Below are positions 58,764-64,000 of a stretch of DNA of 64,000 bases, one piece after another. Origin of the DNA: Chrysemys picta bellii (taxonomy: Eukaryota); the NCBI RefSeq assembly GCF_011386835.1, contig NC_088809.1:8122001-8186000 (forward strand). Reading direction: 5' to 3'. A program made the translations under genes and the position numbers. A model generated the notes under the pieces. It was not told where the DNA came from and did no database searches. It saw nothing but the letters and a program-made list of their open reading frames with translations. Each line of letters starts with the position of its first letter. Position 1 is the stretch's first letter.

Positions 58764-61700
58764 CCTAAAGTTCTTGAAAGATAGAAGGTGGGGAACACTG
58801 TGTTAAAGACAGTAACACATTAGGGCCTCAGTCTGCAAACACACACAGACAACTTTACTCATGTGAGTAGTACCATTAAACTCAGTGAGATTATCCATGT
58901 AGGTAAAGATACTTTGGTGCTTAAGTGTTTGCAACAGTGGGGCTTTGGATTGTAACCATTCTGGTATGAAAATAAGGACAGAGATGGTGTCTTCTTTTAT
59001 GTTTAGCACAATGAGGGTCTGATCCTAATTGGGGCTTCTAGGCACTATTGAAATTATGAATAATGAATTGAAGCAATAACAGCCCAAGAAACAATTAAGA
59101 GAATCAATATTTTAATGCTAATTTGCTTGGTGTGTCGAGGTCTGAAGTCATAAAATATGTTGGTGCTACCTGAGGAAATAAGGGTACAGACATGAGAAAT
59201 ATTTTATACCTGATCAGTCTGACAAAAGATAGCCTTCAGAATTTTTCCTCTACCTGGATTAAAAGAATATTTTTCTATCTCTGCAGTACAAATCAAATAA
59301 CATTTGGCCAATACTGAACATATAAAAAGGAACTCTTTAAATAGAGTAATTGATTTTTCTTTTACAATAAATATTTTTACAAGTGTGGCAAAGAAGAGAC
59401 CTTCATTATATTTGTGTTTTTGTTAACAGGGTTTTATTATAAAAAAAACAAAAACAAACTTTAGCCATTAGAATCAAGGTAGAGTGGAGGAGTTGCTCAT
59501 TGATTTCAATGGGAGTTAGATATTTAAATACCTTTAAGATCTGTGTCCTAGTGATTGGAACCTACTAAACTCTCAGTTCTCTGGGAAAAGGACTTTATGG
59601 AATGCACATCAGCAAGCACATTAGTGGTGCTAATTATAATAACAGAGCAGGTGATTGGGAGTCAGGACTCCTGAGTTCTGTTTCCAAATTCCAAATTGAT
59701 TTGCTCTGTGATTTTAGGGACGAGTTACTTAGAGCCAGATATTGAAAAGAGCTCAGGGCCTCATTTTCAAGTGCTCAGCACCCGCAATTGAAACTAGATT
59801 TTAAAAAGAAGTGCTCCCATATCAGTTCCTAAAAAATAGCCAGATTTTAAAAAATTCTTAGCACCCAATAGGCAGAACTGTTGGAAATCTGGCCACTTAT
59901 TTTGATGTCTAAATGGCAGCTGAGCTCTCTTGAAAAATCTGACCTCCGTTTTGGGTGCTGAACCCTTCTGAAAACTCTGACACTCAAAAATGGACCTACT
60001 ATCCACTGCCTGGAAATACTGTAAGAATACTCCCTCGCTTCCCTGTCTGTAGAAATAAAAACTAAATAGTTAGTAAAGGGCTGAGTTTTCAGAGAGGGGA
60101 GAATGGAGGGGGTTTGCTCAGCACTTTCTGAAAATCAGGCCCCTGTAAGGTCTTAAGTTGAACACTTAAGATCACTAATCTCTTTGTCAATGTAGGACTC
60201 TATTTTAACCCTAATATTAGCCATTTCAGATTGTAAAAAATGTTTAACCAGTTTATTAAAATGTAATATTTGGGGGAAAATATGTGGTCAGTGTAATCTT
60301 TAGTACATCTTGCTTTATAAGGAATATGTGATTTTTTTCAGAGAGAAAATAATACCCCAGTTACAGCTCATTTTAGAATCATGCCTGAATCCTTGACAGC
60401 TGTTACATAAAATCATACACATTCCATGTTTAATGTGTGAGCTCCCTTTTCAAACCATTGTCCTATTAGTTTGATCTGTTTAGATTAAAATGCACTCACA
60501 GAATTCCTTAGAGTTTTATATTTCTCACTCCCATAATTGTAAGCGCTCAGTGTCGTCAACAGCTAATCCTAGTGCAACAGGGACCCTGATGCACACAGCA
60601 ACAGTATAATATTACTAGCATAAAGTTCCATCAGGCAGTTCCAAAGCAGCAAACAAGAGGTCAGCCAATGGCTTACTGCAAATGCATTAAAATGTCGAAG
60701 ATAGTGCTCAAGCTGGTCTGCATTTAACTTGGTAAAGTTAAATATTTATAGCAACATGTACTTGAAAATTTTAAAAGTTATAGAAACACTCTCACTAATG
60801 TTTCCGTTATTGATGCCTATTCCCAAGTATTCACAGTAGAGCGTTATGTATTTTTATCCAGGCTACAGTTTGCTTAGCTGCTAAACAAAGGTGAAAAATC
60901 GCACTGGGGTGAAAGTGACCTCTGTGCAAAGGGCCATGATATAAGATCCTTGTGTCCTTACATTCCCAAGGTAGGACTAATCAGTGCATAGATTCTATGT
61001 TGGTCTTTCTGCACAAGAGTGAATTTCACCCACCAGACCAATGCACTGCTTAAGACCTTATCAAATCTGCTTCCAGAAGGGGGGGTAATGCAGAGAAATT
61101 ACCCCAAACCTACCTTTCATTTGATGGTGGAATTCTGACAAGATGCTCTTGGGAGCCCCTCGAGATCCCCTCCAGTACTGGTATGGAACTAATATTATTA
61201 TTAATCGTCAGGTTTATTACAGTGATGCCTAAGGGCCAGCCAAGGACCAGGCCCTGTGCTGGGCACTGTACAAACACAGAATAGTAGGCTTTCTATTATA
61301 ACCAGGTGCTCAGACACTTTGGTGATGGGAACCATATAAGAATCTTGGTAGATAGCTAATTTGGTACCTCAGTGTCTGGTTCAGTGCCACCTGCCCAGAT
61401 ACAGTGCTAATGGGCACATGACCAAATTATTCAGGGCCAGCTCCAGCTCCCATTAATGACAATGGGAGTTTGCCACTAAATAGAAATAAGAAGTACTGTA
61501 TATCATTGTTTTGTCACTTATTCTTTCCACATACATATAATGCACAATGACTCTCAACAAGAATATATATCACAAAACCATTCCTGCCTCCATCTTTGTA
61601 ACTTATTTGTAAAGTTACTAGTCAACATGTCCAGCCTTGATTGATACACAGGGTCATGTACAATCTTTGGCTGTCCCATGCACATCTCCTATTGCTATGC

Positions 61701-63379
61701 AACAGGATCAAGGATGCTATAAGGATAAGACATACACACACACTTTTTAAATGTACCCTTCCATGTTGAGTTCTTTTAATATAGACCAGGATATTATTTT
61801 ATAAAGTTAATCATACTAAAAACATAGTAAAATTCTGCAATTATATCCTGCAACCATTGTCCCTTATGCTATAAGCATGGGCTAAGCAGGGGCAAAGAAG
61901 TGTCATACTTGGATGGGAGACCTTTAAGGAACTACTAGGTGCTGCAGGAAGTAGTGTTGATGACTCAGTAGCTGGGGCACTCTGCCCCTGAATCAGTGCT
62001 AAGCAAATGTTCCAGCACAGGTCATTGAGGAGCTTTATATCTAGATGTGAAACCAAGGTCTTAACCACTTGTCATTAAGGATATCATTCTGTCCTTTGGT
62101 AAAGAGGACAAGTTGTGTATATTCTACTTAAAGTTTCCCCTGTAATTTGTTAGAAAAGATCACTTCCTGTCCTAAACTGTTATGTGATGTTGATGGGAGC
62201 TGTCAAAAACACTGCCAAGTTACACACCAGAGATGACACCTTTTTATCTGTGGTTGAAGTGATCCTTTATTATAGACTGCATCTCACATTAAGCCCTTAG
62301 GGTGAGGGGGAGGAACTGTCCTCTTCTTTATTCTATATCCACACCATGTTGGTGCTCGGGAAAGGTAGTTGCGTTTGTAAAGGGGATGTCTATAAATTAG
62401 GTAACACTTCTTTGGTGATTTTCAAGACCTCCCCACCCCTCGTTAATACTGAAACAAACATGCAAAATTAAGGACCCTCTCCTCCCCCAATACCTTATGT
62501 AATTTACGGACAATCCCAAAGTGTGTTGGGAGCCTTCAGGAGAAAAAGTGCTATGCCAACATAAGCTCATTCCCAGAATGTTGTTGAGACAAATTCTATT
62601 CAGGGCCTTAGACCCTACCTATTGCTATGGTAACTGACAACCTAGAATTTACCTGACCCTTCTAGAGAAGCTTCTGTACTGGATTCCATAGTCTCTTCAG
62701 CATTAGCACCACAGTACAGGGTGGAGCATTACTCCCAGCAGCAACCAGGCATTCTAAATATTGGGCCATGGGGCATCACCATAATATAAATATTTACACC
62801 TCTGCTTCTTAAAAGGTATGTTCCACATTCAGCATAGGCCAAATGTAAATGCTCTTCTGATCCTAGTCAGTAGGTACATTGTGCACATTATTTTAAATTC
62901 TCTGGCCCTTTCTAGTCCCTTTAGCTTCTGTTTCCTGCCACTGCACGTAAAGGTCACTATCAAGAAAGGAAACAGGAGGTACTCTTCTGGTGGAATTCTA
63001 TTGCAGTGGTTCTCAACTGTTCCCACACTGGGATCCTCCCCCATTCCCATAGGGGGCCTCCCCACTCTGGTGAACCCCTCACACTTTGCAGGGCGGAAGG
63101 CTGTGCAGTCCTGAATCTCTGAAGCCTGGCTGAGAACCCTCGTCAATTTCAGCGGCCTGCTTTTGGGGATGCATTTGTACCCCAAGTCACTAGGGTACAA
63201 CCACATCCCCTGCCATACAAACACTTGCTCTCAGGTACAGGGGTGAGACAACAGCTGGTGCTTTGCAATGGGTCCTGGGAGCCTGAATTTTAATCAAGAC
63301 ACTGACTCCACTCTGTGACCTTGGGCAAGTTGCTTAACCTCGGTCTCCTTCAGTTCCCTCTCCTGTGCCCTGCCCCAGG

Positions 63380-64000
63380 GGGTTCCCTCATGGCTAGAGA
63401 CCCGGCACTGGGCGGTGCATTGGTCCCACCAAGTCCGGCCTGAGGAAATCCCAGGGCTCTTGCCCATGGATGCTGCGCCTGTCTCTACCCCCCCCCGCTA
63501 GCTCAGTCCCACCGGCGGGCCGGGCACGAGGAGCTCGTTTGCACTTCAGGCAGCCGGCCGCTAGGAAGCCGCCGGGCTCGCGCTTCCCTCCCGTGCTGGA
63601 GCTTGAGCAGAGCCCCTGCCATTTCCGAGGCGCCCCCCTCTCCATTCTCCCCCGCCACCCCACCCCCTCCTCCCCCAGCCTGCGAGCTGCGCTGGCGGCT
63701 GCGTGAGGGGAGCTCGGAGCCGAACTCCCGGGGAGCTCGCGAGCGAGCGCGCGCGCCTGTCTCCCCCCCCCCCCCCGCCTCAACGGCTCCCGGGGCAGCG
63801 CCCGCCCCCTCAGCCCCCCTCCAGCTGCGGGCGGCGCGGAGCCCGCCTCTGCCCCCGCGCCCTCGCCAGCAGCCCGGGGAGCAGCCGCCGCGGCAGCCGG
63901 GTAAGGAAGCGGCAGGAATTGTCCGTCCCGTGCCGGGGGGAGGGGGGGATTCTTCGGCGCTGCCTTTGTGCGGCCGGGGCAGCCCCGGCTGGAGCCGGAC
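63380..64000 (+). promoter_or_regulatory. CpG island with a non-coding first exon of the next gene (probably CUEDC1 by synteny)
   Basis: GC/CpG-rich; GC boxes; strong donor CGG|GTAAGG at 63900/63901. Identity is inferred only from the mammalian SRSF1-VEZF1-CUEDC1 order; no CDS is in the window. Confidence 0.65.

Noticed and set aside
55200-63300. Possible genes or RNA genes between VEZF1 and the last CpG island
   Set aside because: Only short ORFs without splice support and decayed SINE, LINE and MITE fragments were seen.

Overview
Vertebrate genomic DNA, most likely from a turtle (inferred from the repeat families: Penelope-like short inserts, CR1, hAT and Harbinger MITEs). No bacterial-type features are present (no CRISPR, rRNA or tRNA seen). 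Two complete protein-coding genes lie on the + strand. SRSF1 has 4 exons, CDS 8794-10795, 248 aa if exon 3 has its usual 173 nt; most of exon 3 is hidden in an N-run. VEZF1 has 6 exons, CDS 39105-52785, 516 aa. A third CpG-island promoter with a non-coding first exon ends the window (probably CUEDC1, by synteny only). Five short N-runs all fall in the most conserved transcribed parts of these two genes. The most notable extras are: hammerhead-ribozyme motifs carried by Penelope-like inserts, three clustered within about 530 bp and one structurally complete; unproductive-splicing signals in SRSF1; an Arg-rich uORF plus a G-quadruplex in the VEZF1 leader; a candidate 24-nt microexon mutually exclusive with the VEZF1 polyQ exon; an orphan CpG island; and a chain of minus-strand exon-like segments divergent from the SRSF1 promoter, one apparently a 13-nt microexon split by a MITE. 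Repeat boundaries were placed by eye and no database searches were run.
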